64,000 bases of DNA, taken from Nitrosopumilus sp. Lineage in GTDB: Archaea > Thermoproteota > Nitrososphaeria > Nitrososphaerales > Nitrosopumilaceae. Below, one piece after another: positions 10,140 to 19,866 of this stretch; position 1 is the stretch's first letter; every line of letters starts with the position of its first letter. The DNA is taken from assembly GCA_965218695.1 (NCBI GenBank), contig OZ244651.1:1344001-1408000 (forward strand). The letters run 5' to 3'. Under the pieces are notes generated by a model. The model saw only the letters and a program-made list of their open reading frames with translations. It made no database searches and was not told where the DNA came from. A program made the translations under genes and the position numbers.

Positions 10140-12111
10140 CAGTTAACGCGGAAGTAATAGCAAATTAATACATAATTGGATCGAATACATATTCTAATAT
10201 CCATGTTGGAAGCCCAAACAAGACAAATCCCGCATGGCCCGGATTGCCGGCACGGGCATGACGGTGCCTGATACATACGACAGGCACCGCATGATGCAAA
10301 AAGGCGGATGTCCCGTGGCAGAACAGTGCCATTCAAGATCTTCAGGCATGGCAGCGCAGCGTCCCTGCCAATCCCCGCGGCAGGCGGCAAGGCATGGCCT
10401 ACTGCAGGGGCCGGCCGGTGTTTTGGATGCGGCCTGCCGTGCATCCGTCCGTACGGCAGCAGCAGCAGGGGCAGTGCCTGTCCGGCGGCTTGCGCTTGGC
10501 AAGATGCCATGGAACGACCATCAGCAGGAGAATCAGCTTCATGTCAGTCTGCCTCACCTTGGCGTAGACGCCGCCCGGATTGCGCGTCAGCCCGGCGTTT
10601 GCAAGGATCCATACGTTGAACAGGATCACAGAGTAGAGAAAGCAGAACAGCCTGGCGGTGCTGTTGCTGCTGCGCGTCCTTGCCCTTTGGTTCTCTATCA
10701 TCCTGTATCCCGTTTCTATTACCCATCTCTTGGAGTACAGGTCGATGTTGATTCCGGGCACGCTTGTGGCAAACGCGATGTATCTCTCCTCGGGCTTTTT
10801 GCTGTCCGATTTCCTGCCCTTTCTTTTGCGATTTGTTATTATCATGGTGTATTCCTCGTAATCCTTCTTGGTCTTTGCTATGCGGAACCTGGACACTGTC
10901 ATGCGCTCCCCGCGGTCAAACTGCGCGATGGCCCGGACCACGTTGGGCGTGTTGACGCACGGCATCAGGTAGTCCACGCCCATCTCATTGAGCGCCCTGA
11001 TGACGTCGGTGGAAAAGAATTCCCGGTCAAGCATGGCGATCCCGATCTTGATCCTGTTGTCCATGCATGTCCGGATTATCCGGCGCACAAAATCAGAGGC
11101 GTCCTCGAGGGCTGGCATGTGAAGCACCCCCAACGCGATGTGCATTCCCCCGTTGACGCACTGCGCCGTGATGTACCGCTCAAAAAGGCCGGTCTTGCCC
11201 TTGCTCTTTGAGCGCACCACCTCGGCCCCGTGCTTGCGGTCCCAGCGCGGTATCAGGTGCATGTCTATGGCAACGTCCATCTTCCTGCCTGCAAGCATGC
11301 CCAGCTCCTGCAGCCTGTCCAGTTGAGATCCTACCTTTTTGTTAAACGCCCCCATCAGCCTGTCCCTCTCGATCCTGGAGATCATGTCGCGGATCCACTC
11401 GCCGCTGGCTGCGCGGCGGTGTGATTTCCCAAGCCCGTGCAGCAGGGCCGCGGCGTTGCGCAGGGCCGACGCGCATCCGAATACCGAGACGCCAAGCACG
11501 GCAGCTGCAATCAGGATTCTGTGAAAATCTGCAGGTCCGTACGTGGCGTTGTTCCTTTTGGGGGATGGAAGGCCCGGATCAAACACCCCGGATATCTCGT
11601 CCATGACGTGTCCGCCCATGTCCGGATTGTTTTTCAGGGAACGCTGCATGCGGCCTGGCAGGCGGGGCGCGTCTGCACCTCCAGGCGCATCCTGTCTGAC
11701 CGGGTCCCGTTTCAGGCAACCCGGCAAGCCTTAAATTCCAATTCCGTGAAGCCGATATGGGTGTGAGCCCGTTTCTGGTAGTGCATTGACGGGTACTCTC
11801 ACTCCATTCTTTTAAGCTGCAATGGCATGCGATTTGCACCTGCTGGCAACTATTTTTGGCAACGCCTGCAGGCTCATTGCAGATACGCACGGGACGGCGC
11901 GGGCGTGTCCTGCCTGTCAGGCTGGATCTTTTACTTCTGTGTTAACTGCATGGGCACTGCCACCGACACCCGGTACCGCCATGCCCACGCCATGCATCTA
12001 GATCATGCAGGCAGGACAAGACATTGGCATGTTTGAGGCTTTCAACATGGGTATTGGAATAGGCATTCTATCCAATCATGCACTAAATTGTTGCTACTTC
12101 TGCGTTAACTG
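10140..12111 (-). mobile_element. ISH3-family (IS4-like) element A, including an extra outer end
   Basis: TIR cagttaacgcggaagtaa at 10140; inner inverted copy ends 11948, outer inverted copy ends 12111; 5-bp TSD GCCAG at 10135-10139 and 12112-12116. Confidence 0.85.
10399..11727 (-). CDS. ISH3-family transposase A
   Basis: AIDMHLIPRWD, LDREFFS, YSKRWVIETGYR (YREK-type) motifs; start uncertain. Confidence 0.88.
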   Translation of the reverse strand: MPGCLKRDPVRQDAPGGADAPRLPGRMQRSLKNNPDMGGHVMDEISGVFDPGLPSPKRNNATYGPADFHRILIAAAVLGVSVFGCASALRNAAALLHGLGKSHRRAASGEWIRDMISRIERDRLMGAFNKKVGSQLDRLQELGMLAGRKMDVAIDMHLIPRWDRKHGAEVVRSKSKGKTGLFERYITAQCVNGGMHIALGVLHMPALEDASDFVRRIIRTCMDNRIKIGIAMLDREFFSTDVIRALNEMGVDYLMPCVNTPNVVRAIAQFDRGERMTVSRFRIAKTKKDYEEYTMIITNRKRKGRKSDSKKPEERYIAFATSVPGINIDLYSKRWVIETGYRMIENQRARTRSSNSTARLFCFLYSVILFNVWILANAGLTRNPGGVYAKVRQTDMKLILLLMVVPWHLAKRKPPDRHCPCCCCRTDGCTAGRIQNTGRPLQ

Positions 12112-12683
12112 GCCAGATTGCACGGCCTGCCGCCACGTGTTAAAGAGGCACCTGCCTCTCTTCCATTCCTGTAATGCCATGCCTGTGGCCTGGTGCTGCA
12201 TCCCCTGCAGCATGGCTGTCTTTGGCAGAATCTGCCTGATGTGGCACTCGACTGCTTTTATGCGCCGTCCGTCAGGACCTTGTCTTGGCATCTGCTACTG
12301 CCACTGCATGTGATGGCCATCGGCGGTTCCTTATGCGAACCGTCTGGGCTCTGGTTCTGCAGTATGACTGGCACCAGAACCCAAACACGGTATTAACCTA
12401 ATGCAGTCAGATACCCCAGGTCATGTCTCCACATCCGGTTTCAGTCGACCTGCTCATCACCCTGCACTTGGTCATGTGACTGTCTGTTTGTGTGGTTACA
12501 TGACAATAAAGGGATTTGGCATGCGCTGTATCTCCAGGCCGCATGAGTTCGTGAGTCATACGTCCCACGGCATGGTGCGGTCTGGCCTGCAGATTATGAT
12601 GCCGGATTCGTATCGATTCCGGGGTATGGGCACCATTGCCATGGTATCCATTTTTAAGAGTACTGTGTAAACTGTTAGTTAGT

Positions 12684-14009
12684 ATGCAGAATTTCTTTCT
12701 TCAGCTGGATTCGTCGGTAATTCAAGACTCGTTCAACAGTACTGTAACCACCATTATTGACCAGGTCACTCCTGGATTTTACCATACCAACTTTATCACT
12801 GATCTGGCTTTTATCATGATTATTGGGGCCATAGTCGCCCTTGCATTCTTTAAGATACGGCAGCCGCTGATCATCGGATATCTCTTTGCGGGAATGCTGA
12901 TAGGCCCACTCTCGCCGTTCTGGTCATGGATTCTGCCTGACGGAAGGGATCCCAGCATCTTCGGCGAGGTGGGGCTGCTGGCTGACATCTCTGCCCTGCA
13001 CCTCTTTGCCGACATCGGAGTCATACTGCTCTTGTTTGTCATTGGAATCGAGTTCCCGTATGCAAAGATTCGAAGCGTAGGCCGGGCCACCATAGGCGTG
13101 GGCACGATGGGACTGCTCATGTCGCTGGGAGCCATATTCTACGTGGCGACTGCGCTTGGGCTGGAGTTCATGGACGCCCTGTTTATTGCAGCGGCCCTGT
13201 CAATCTCCAGCACTGCTGTAATCATCAAGATTCTGGAGGATGCAGGAAAGATCCACCGAAAGTCGTCCATCCAGATTCTTGGAATCCTGATCGTGGAGGA
13301 TGTAATTGCCGTAATACTGCTCAGCTCGCTGCAGTCTGTTGCCCTGATTGGAACCGTATCCCCAGAGTCAATTGCAGCTGTTGTGGCAGTCGCCGCTGCA
13401 CTGATTCTTGGAACGTTTGCAGTCGGCACTCGCATGATCACGCCCCTGATTGACAAGGTTGCGGCAACCGAGCACCGTGAAATCCTGCTGCTTACCATTC
13501 TTGGAATCTGCTTTGGATACGCCCTGCTGACAAACGTTGTGGGACTCTCTGTTGCAATCGGGGCGTTCCTGGCAGGGGTGCTTGTGGCCGAATCAAAGTC
13601 GGCCGAAGTGGCCAAGCTGCTCTCAAGTCCGATCAAGGACATGTTCGTGGCAATATTTTTCATATCCATAGGAGCCCTGATGGACATTACGAACATTGGC
13701 GACTATATGCTCATCGCCGTCGCACTGATTGCAGTAGCCATCGTCACAAAGTTTGGGGGAAACACGATTGCCACTCTGATATTCCGCCGGCGGCACGGAA
13801 ACGCGTTTCGCTCCGCATTTACCCTGGCTGCGCCAAGAGGTGAGTTCTCGATCGTAATTATAAAGACCGGCGTGGATATAGGTGCAGTCAGCGCTTTTCT
13901 CTTTCCGATGATGGGGATGATCGCAATAATCACCTCGTTTCTTACACCATACACGATACGGGCCGGAGACAAGATACTTTCAACGGATGAGCAGGACGAC
14001 AATGTCTGA
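12684..14009 (+). CDS. Cation:proton antiporter (CPA2/KefB-like)
   Basis: Multiple TM helices, SISSTAVI, LIVEDVIAV, GAFLAG, PRGEFS motifs. Confidence 0.9.
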   Translation: MQNFFLQLDSSVIQDSFNSTVTTIIDQVTPGFYHTNFITDLAFIMIIGAIVALAFFKIRQPLIIGYLFAGMLIGPLSPFWSWILPDGRDPSIFGEVGLLADISALHLFADIGVILLLFVIGIEFPYAKIRSVGRATIGVGTMGLLMSLGAIFYVATALGLEFMDALFIAAALSISSTAVIIKILEDAGKIHRKSSIQILGILIVEDVIAVILLSSLQSVALIGTVSPESIAAVVAVAAALILGTFAVGTRMITPLIDKVAATEHREILLLTILGICFGYALLTNVVGLSVAIGAFLAGVLVAESKSAEVAKLLSSPIKDMFVAIFFISIGALMDITNIGDYMLIAVALIAVAIVTKFGGNTIATLIFRRRHGNAFRSAFTLAAPRGEFSIVIIKTGVDIGAVSAFLFPMMGMIAIITSFLTPYTIRAGDKILSTDEQDDNV

Positions 14010-14442
14010 GGAACTAGAGAGGCTGCTCGGTCAGGTGCATGACGGAGTCACCACCTTTGACTTTGACGGCAGAAGGGTTCCGTGTATTGTTCTTGAGGAG
14101 ACCCGGTATGACGACCTGTTGTCCCAGATTGCAGGCAGGCCCCTCTCGATTGATACCAATCTGAACATCCTGCAGGACGGACTGGGGCATGCCTTTGTGG
14201 AGGTTGTCTTGGAGTTCTCAAAGGGCGGCATGGTTGAAAGATTCATGGTCAATGCAAAAACCGATCTGGCATTCTTTGAATCCCTTGCAGACACCACGAT
14301 GCTTGCACTATCCTCCCCAAGATCCCACTACGGCAAGGATAACGTCTTTATGATTCAGCTGCCCAATCCTGCGAAGGCGCAGGATGCCCTGACAATAATC
14401 AGGACAGCCCTGAAGCCCGATGGTGCAGTTACCGGGATTTGA
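14002..14442 (+). CDS. Hypothetical protein
   Basis: 146-aa ORF overlapping the antiporter stop; 3' end overlaps the antisense tRNA-Gly. Confidence 0.75.
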   Translation: MSEELERLLGQVHDGVTTFDFDGRRVPCIVLEETRYDDLLSQIAGRPLSIDTNLNILQDGLGHAFVEVVLEFSKGGMVERFMVNAKTDLAFFESLADTTMLALSSPRSHYGKDNVFMIQLPNPAKAQDALTIIRTALKPDGAVTGI

Positions 14443-14497
14443 ACCCGGGTCACGAACTTGGCAAGCTCGCATAATAACCAAACTATACTATAACTGC
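14421..14497 (-). tRNA. tRNA-Gly(GCC), CCA encoded
   Basis: Reverse complement GCAGTTA...CGAGC-TTGCCAA-GTTCG...GGTTCAAATCC...TAACTGC-ACCA folds as a cloverleaf. Confidence 0.95.
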
Positions 14498-14560
14498 GAC
14501 AGTTCTAGAATCCGGATTTGAATATTAAACTGTTTTTAACAGTCAAGACCAACATTAGTC

Positions 14561-14824
14561 GTGAATGGGGTGATTCTTGAGCGGCTGGAACAGAAGATTC
14601 GGGAGACTGTTTCAAACAAGGATGAGATACTGCAGCTGGCCAGATCCCTTTCTGAGGCGGACGGTTCCCGGTCGTTTGTACTGGGAATGGTAATGGGGAG
14701 GCTCTACAATGCATTCTACTATCAGTCAAGAAGGGTGCTTGGACGCGAACCGACCAAAGAGGAGTTTGAAGAGTTCTTGGTGTTCGTAAGGGGTAGGAGG
14801 CAGCAGTTGGAGGGCCTATGGTGA
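14561..14824 (+). CDS. Small hypothetical protein
   Basis: 87-aa ORF with GRLYNAFYYQSRRVLGREPT motif; TATA-like tttttaa upstream. Confidence 0.75.
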   Translation: MNGVILERLEQKIRETVSNKDEILQLARSLSEADGSRSFVLGMVMGRLYNAFYYQSRRVLGREPTKEEFEEFLVFVRGRRQQLEGLW

Positions 14825-15325
14825 TGGCTTGTTCCACTCGATTACCTTGATTGTCGGGGTTCCGGGCAGCTTTACGCACGATCCCTTGAGTGCCTTTTTC
14901 GCAGCCTCCAGATGATCACTCCCGTTGACATAAAGTTCTATGATGCACTGGCCCTGTCTGACCCTTGCCCCAAGGCTTGTTGCCTTGCCCCATGCACGCC
15001 TCATTCCCTCCTGAAGCCTGTCTGCGCCTGCAGCGGCAATCATCTTGTTCTCCCTGAGAAGGTTGTGCGGGTATATCCTGAGTCTGGAGTAGTAGCCGGT
15101 CTCCCCGACTGTCTTCTCCAGAGTCTTGTTTGCCGCAAGCCTAGTCGACTCGATGGCCATGTGCCTGATCTGGATCTTCTCATTAATGAGAAGCTGGGCA
15201 CAGTACTGGTACGTTCCCCTCTTGCCGCCCTGAAACTTGGCAATCTTTATCTGTGGTTTTCCCTTGATGTACTGTTTTCGCGTAAATGGCTGACCTGTTC
15301 CGCTTCTGTAGTTGGCACCATGCAT
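14816..15325 (-). CDS. rpl10e: 50S ribosomal protein uL16 (L10e)
   Basis: RENKMIAAAGADRLQEGMRRAWGK signature. Confidence 0.95.
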   Translation of the reverse strand: MHGANYRSGTGQPFTRKQYIKGKPQIKIAKFQGGKRGTYQYCAQLLINEKIQIRHMAIESTRLAANKTLEKTVGETGYYSRLRIYPHNLLRENKMIAAAGADRLQEGMRRAWGKATSLGARVRQGQCIIELYVNGSDHLEAAKKALKGSCVKLPGTPTIKVIEWNKPSP

Positions 15326-15524
15326 GATACCATCGAACCATGATGCCCATATTTTAACGGTTCACAATGCGCATGTGACCAAACCGTCAGACCTGCCCGC
15401 GCCGATCACAATCCCATCTAGGTCTGCCACGCATTTGTGAGGTGCGGCTGCTGTTGCTGCTGCCTGCCCGGATGCGAACCCTGTGACGCCTCTCCCCGAA
15501 CCGACCGGTCTTCCAAACCGTCGC

Positions 15525-17069
15525 GTATGAATTCACCTGCCCCTTATATCAGTCGACCAACTTCTTCGGCCACGCTCTTGCCATGTGCCCTCCACGTGAG
15601 GACGCACGTGACAAAATCTGCAAGGCGCTTCATGGCCTTGGAGCCGCCCTTGGTCTGCCCGCTTATCTTGCGGAACACCACCAGGTAGCGCAGCGCCCTC
15701 TCGCTGGCGTTGTTTGTAGGCTCGACGCCGGGATGCTCCAGGAACGCAAACATGCGGTGCAGGTGCCTCTCGAGCTTGTCCAGCACCTTTTGCATGTCGT
15801 CATCGTTACCACCACCACCGGCATCGCGGTACCGGTCAAGCACGTCCTGCATGGTGCGGTTCATCGTATGCCGCAGCTGTGGCGAGCGCGCCTCCTGCGC
15901 GGCCAGCAGTTTTGCCCTCTCAAACACCCACTTGTGGTCCTCGTGGAGCTGCTGCTGCCGCCGCCGGACACGTTTGGTCTCGGGAGGCACGGCGCAGTAT
16001 TTTTCTGCCAGGTGCCTTGTCTGCCGGAGGTCGTGCGCCCAGCACGACTGGTGCATGCCGCCCTTGTCAAACCTGTCATATCCGTTGTACCCGTCAGTTA
16101 TCGCCACCCCGTCAAATTTGTCCATGGCATCGAGCATGAGCGTGGCCCTGCTCTGGCTGATGTTTATTGCGATGTTTTTGCCCGACTGTGCCACGTTTGC
16201 GTGTACCTTCTGGCCGTCGTTTCGCCAGCTGGTTTCGTCAAACCCGGCACAGTCAGAAGCCTCCACTTCCCCGAGGATCCTGCCTGCCTCGTGGCCCGAG
16301 GCGTCCCCGACGCGTGCCATGATGTTGTTGACGGTGGATCCTGCAAGCATAATGCCCGTTATGGAGCGCACCGCGACCGAGATTCCCTTGAGCGGCACCC
16401 GTGCCGCGCGCAGTTCTGAGACGAGTCCGACCATGCCCTTGCCGAAGTTGCCCCGCCGCGGCAGGTCGTTTGGAGCATCTTCCCTGCGGCCGCATGAGCC
16501 GCATACTGCAGTCTCCACGCGGTGCCGCGTCTCGCACGCAGTCACCCTGATGTCCGTGATGTCCCGCACGCGCGGACTGCCAATCGCCATCCGGCCGCCG
16601 CCGCCGCCGCACCCGCATTCCGGGAGCACCGGCACCCGCCTCCTGCCCGACTTCCTGCGCCCGAACCTGTGGGATACGGTCCTTTCCGGGTCGTGGGGGC
16701 GCGACGCCCCCGCGTGTCCCTTTCTTCCCCCGCGCTTGGATTTGCCCTCCTTTTCCTGTTTTTTTGCCCGCTCCCTCTTCTGGGCCTTCCATTCCAGGGA
16801 TTCAGATGAGGGCGGCGTGTTGGGGTTTGTATAGTATGTCATGAGGCGTTCGCTGTACCCCAAGGCCCTTTCAAGACGTTCTATCCTGCCAAGTGCCTTC
16901 TCAAGATCGGATTTGAGGGTGGCAATCTCCCGGTTCCGTGCTAGGAGTTCCTCTTTTAGCTGGTCCCTGCTCATGTGCCGTGAATTTACCATGTAAAGTG
17001 ATGTGTATTGCCAGCATATGGATCAGTATGATCATTTTTTTGTGACAGGAAGGACAGGTGAATTCATAC
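15525..17069 (-). mobile_element. IS66-family element A, copy 1 (single-ORF, ISBst12-like)
   Basis: TIR GTATGAATTCACCTG at both ends; 8-bp TSD ACCGTCGC. Confidence 0.93.
15544..16992 (-). CDS. IS66 transposase A
   Basis: Coiled-coil N-terminus, PPSS, GGRKGH, Zn-finger Cys pairs, DET, TDGY, QSCWAH, PTNNASERALR. Confidence 0.92.
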   Translation of the reverse strand: MVNSRHMSRDQLKEELLARNREIATLKSDLEKALGRIERLERALGYSERLMTYYTNPNTPPSSESLEWKAQKRERAKKQEKEGKSKRGGRKGHAGASRPHDPERTVSHRFGRRKSGRRRVPVLPECGCGGGGGRMAIGSPRVRDITDIRVTACETRHRVETAVCGSCGRREDAPNDLPRRGNFGKGMVGLVSELRAARVPLKGISVAVRSITGIMLAGSTVNNIMARVGDASGHEAGRILGEVEASDCAGFDETSWRNDGQKVHANVAQSGKNIAINISQSRATLMLDAMDKFDGVAITDGYNGYDRFDKGGMHQSCWAHDLRQTRHLAEKYCAVPPETKRVRRRQQQLHEDHKWVFERAKLLAAQEARSPQLRHTMNRTMQDVLDRYRDAGGGGNDDDMQKVLDKLERHLHRMFAFLEHPGVEPTNNASERALRYLVVFRKISGQTKGGSKAMKRLADFVTCVLTWRAHGKSVAEEVGRLI

Positions 17070-17120
17070 ACCGTCGCCATTCCAATATTTATATGGAAAC
17101 CATCAGGCACCCATCATATC

Positions 17121-17687
17121 ATGGATGAGACTCCGCTGGTTACCGGTAAGCTGATCTCCTCACGCGTATACGTATCTGACCGGGAGATGATCCACGAGCT
17201 TGAGCAGAAGGGGTTTGGAGACTCCGAAGGAAAGAGACTTGTCTTAAAGCAGTTTGAAACACTCTACCTGCTGTACACCAACCGCCTTACCCTGACCAAG
17301 GGAGGACGGCAGATAGACTTTGACTCCTTTGTCGGCACATGCCAAAAGACTGATCCTGACATACTGACAAGATTCCTGATATATCGTGACCTTCGCAATC
17401 GCGGCTATGTGGTAAAGGACGGCTTTGGCTTCGGTACTGATTTTAGGGTTTATGAGAGGGGGGACTATGGGCAGAAGGGCGCCAAGTTTCTCATATTTGG
17501 CCTCAACGAAGGTCGGCAGGAGAGAATGGGCGCCCTGCAAAAAAAGATTGACGAGATTACGCAGATGGGAAAGGAGCCGATCATTGCAGTCATTGAGCGC
17601 CGCGGCGAAGTCATATACTACAAGATTAACAGGATGAATTTTTATGAAAACAAGTCCACCACATCAGAGGAGCCGTTTGAGGCCTAG
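17121..17687 (+). CDS. endA: tRNA-intron (splicing) endonuclease subunit
   Basis: YRDLRNRGYVVKDGFGFGTDFRVY motif. Confidence 0.88.
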   Translation: MDETPLVTGKLISSRVYVSDREMIHELEQKGFGDSEGKRLVLKQFETLYLLYTNRLTLTKGGRQIDFDSFVGTCQKTDPDILTRFLIYRDLRNRGYVVKDGFGFGTDFRVYERGDYGQKGAKFLIFGLNEGRQERMGALQKKIDEITQMGKEPIIAVIERRGEVIYYKINRMNFYENKSTTSEEPFEA

Positions 17688-18334
17688 TACTGCATCAGCC
17701 AGTCCGAGGAGTATTTGAGAAGGCTCTTTCTTTCTGCATGCATAAAGTCATACACGTCCAGATGTTCTGCCTTGTTCTGCCACAGCTGCTCAAAGTGCCC
17801 CATCTTTCTTTTCACCCTTGCCATGTCATTCCATGACGTAAAGACGTCTATTGACTCAAATTCCTTTGTATGGGATGTGATGGCCTCCCTAAAGGTTCCG
17901 GTAAATGCCACCATGTTGTTCTCGCCGTCCCTGAATATCCCAACCCTTTCTGATGCGAAACCTATGATGTGATCTGAGTCTGGCACTGCAACTCTGACCT
18001 GAATGCTGCCCCGTCTGACTGCATCCTTTATCTGCTGGACAACCTCCATGCGCTCTCCCTTGGGAAGTCCAGCCCCTTCGGAGAACAGCTTTGTGAGCAT
18101 GTTCAGGTCATTGACTCTGAGCCTGTGGCTTATGACCATTCTCAGCACTGTGGTGCCGTCTGTAATGTTGTCAAGCCTTGTAGCCATCATGATCAGCGCC
18201 TTGACTGAGAACGTCTCTGCGCACCTGTGATACTCCGTGCAGTTTTCAAGGCATGGGATCAAAAAGTCCTCTGTGATGTTATCCGTGTCAGACCTGTACT
18301 CGTCTTTGAGTTCGATGCCTTTCAGACTCAACAC
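17684..18334 (-). CDS. Stand-alone PLD-like domain resembling the N-terminus of PLD-SF2 helicase fusions; catalytic motif degenerate
   Basis: EYRSDTDNITEDFLIPCL, SERVGIFRD...VAFTGTFRE, FESIDVFTSW, HFEQLWQN. Confidence 0.65.
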   Translation of the reverse strand: MLSLKGIELKDEYRSDTDNITEDFLIPCLENCTEYHRCAETFSVKALIMMATRLDNITDGTTVLRMVISHRLRVNDLNMLTKLFSEGAGLPKGERMEVVQQIKDAVRRGSIQVRVAVPDSDHIIGFASERVGIFRDGENNMVAFTGTFREAITSHTKEFESIDVFTSWNDMARVKRKMGHFEQLWQNKAEHLDVYDFMHAERKSLLKYSSDWLMQY

Positions 18335-18369
18335 TACATGTACGCAGTTTGACTATTTTAGTAATGTAA

Positions 18370-18444
18370 TGCTCCCATCGGGATTTGAACCCGAGTCACT
18401 GCCTTGAGAGGGCAGTATGCTTAACCGGACTACACTATAGGAGC
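18370..18444 (-). tRNA. tRNA-Glu(CTC)
   Basis: Reverse complement GCTCCTA...CTGCC-CTCTCAA-GGCAG...GGTTCAAATCC...TGGGAGC-A cloverleaf. Confidence 0.95.
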
Positions 18445-18617
18445 TTGATGAAAGGCGGGCTGTTTCTCAATTTAAAGGAAATGTTTGGAACCTGCCCTTG
18501 CACACGGCACGGCCGGAACTCAGTCCGGGCTGAAAACAGGTAGGACTCTGACTTTGTGCGGTTTGTAAAATTTTGTGGGCTGACACATTTTAAGGGGATT
18601 TTGCTATTTGTCATGGT

Positions 18618-19496
18618 GTGGATCTGAAAAGACTTCTTGAGGCGAGGGGGCTGGACCCGTTTCCGGCCGGACTGGGAGGATGCAGAGCCGCCGGCACCCA
18701 TTTTGAACCATGCGGGTATGACGTCTTTGTCTTTGACGGAGGATCCGGACGTGAGACAGTCCGGTGCGGGGATTCGTATGCCGTCATCCGCCATGCCTCC
18801 CTGTCCGGGAACGACCCGAAGGTTCTCCTTGGATATGACGGGATGCAGATAATCCAGGACGAGTCGTGGGATTTGAGAATGCTTGTATCAAGGGTCCAGG
18901 CAAAAAAGCCGGCACTCTTTACCAATCTTGCCAGGGACAATCTGATCGAGGCACTGTTCTGCATTCAGAGAACCATAAAGGCGATTCAGGCATCCGACAC
19001 ATTCGCCCCGTTCTGGCAAAAATGTGCCTCATACTGCCTGGCAGATGCGATATGTCTCCTGAACCATCGAAAACCAAGTCCCTCCCACATGCTTGAGACG
19101 CTTCGGCTGCTTCCAAAGAATCCCATCAACGAGCACATCTCGTCTGTAACCCAGACGATAGGAATGGAGAGGGCGACTACCACACTCCTTGAGCGGATGC
19201 TCAAATCGACGATCGGATTCTCTGACATGGTCCGGGCAGGCGTTTCTGGAACCATCCGGTCAAAATATGATTTCTTTCTGAAAAACTCCATGCCTACTGA
19301 CTGTTATTTTTACCTGGGGTATGTCAACAGGCAGAACTTTGAGGGAATCAAGAACACCCTGGATGTGAGGCGGGATCTCTTTCATGTACTGAGAACCGCC
19401 TTTGACACGGGGGCCGACTCTGGCCTGCTGGAGGAGCAGGCAGGCCTCATCAAAACCTCATGCAACTCCATACTTGAGACGGTATCGGATGTATAG
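18618..19496 (+). CDS. Hypothetical protein, possible degenerate nucleotidyltransferase fold
   Basis: 292-aa ORF; GLGGCRAAG...CGYDVFVFD resembles the hGS-x9-13-DxD motif. Confidence 0.7.
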   Translation: MDLKRLLEARGLDPFPAGLGGCRAAGTHFEPCGYDVFVFDGGSGRETVRCGDSYAVIRHASLSGNDPKVLLGYDGMQIIQDESWDLRMLVSRVQAKKPALFTNLARDNLIEALFCIQRTIKAIQASDTFAPFWQKCASYCLADAICLLNHRKPSPSHMLETLRLLPKNPINEHISSVTQTIGMERATTTLLERMLKSTIGFSDMVRAGVSGTIRSKYDFFLKNSMPTDCYFYLGYVNRQNFEGIKNTLDVRRDLFHVLRTAFDTGADSGLLEEQAGLIKTSCNSILETVSDV

Positions 19497-19651
19497 CCAG
19501 GTCCTACCGGGGGGCACCGCACAGAAGATTACACACAGTCGACTGGCATGGCGGCATCTTTTGCGGTTTTGCCGTTTCTGACACCGTGAGACCCCAAGGG
19601 CTTGACTCGAATCTGACCCCCTTGGGGTAGTGGAACGATTGGGGCGTAAGC

Positions 19652-19671
19652 CCGGCCGGCCGGCCGGCCGG
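19652..19671. repeat. (CCGG)5 palindromic tetranucleotide tandem repeat
   Basis: Directly visible; (ATGC)4+ at 19772-19790 nearby and (CCGG)4 at 33048-33063. Confidence 0.9.
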
Positions 19672-19866
19672 TCGGTCCTTGGCATCTGAGGACGACTCCC
19701 CATGCAGCCGTGTCAAACGGCGTGGACTTGGCTCTTGCAGACGCGGTTGCATGACCTGTGCCCGGATTTGTATGCATGCATGCATGCATGTGTGTGGGGT
19801 TGATCCTATTTGTGTAAACCATGCTCTTGTACTAACCTTTTAAAACAAGTGCATGTGAGGTATAGT

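Noticed and set aside
12117-12660. Short ORFs in the spacer after ISH3-A
   Set aside because: Cys/His/Met-rich random-looking translations typical of degraded intergenic DNA; no coding support
15583-16834. Long plus-strand ORFs (278 and 374 aa) inside IS66-A, and similar antisense ORFs over other transposases and core genes
   Set aside because: Antisense shadows of GC-rich coding sequence with no motifs or plausible composition
14421-18444. Integrated element at tRNA-Gly or tRNA-Glu
   Set aside because: No duplicated tRNA 3' end and no adjacent integrase; flanking genes are core
19497-19770. RNase P RNA or SRP RNA
   Set aside because: Size and GC content fit, but the P4 signatures (GAGGAA.. 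and ..AACAGAA..GCTTA in order) and the SRP helix-8 motif (CCAGG..GGAA..AGCA) are not present on either strand
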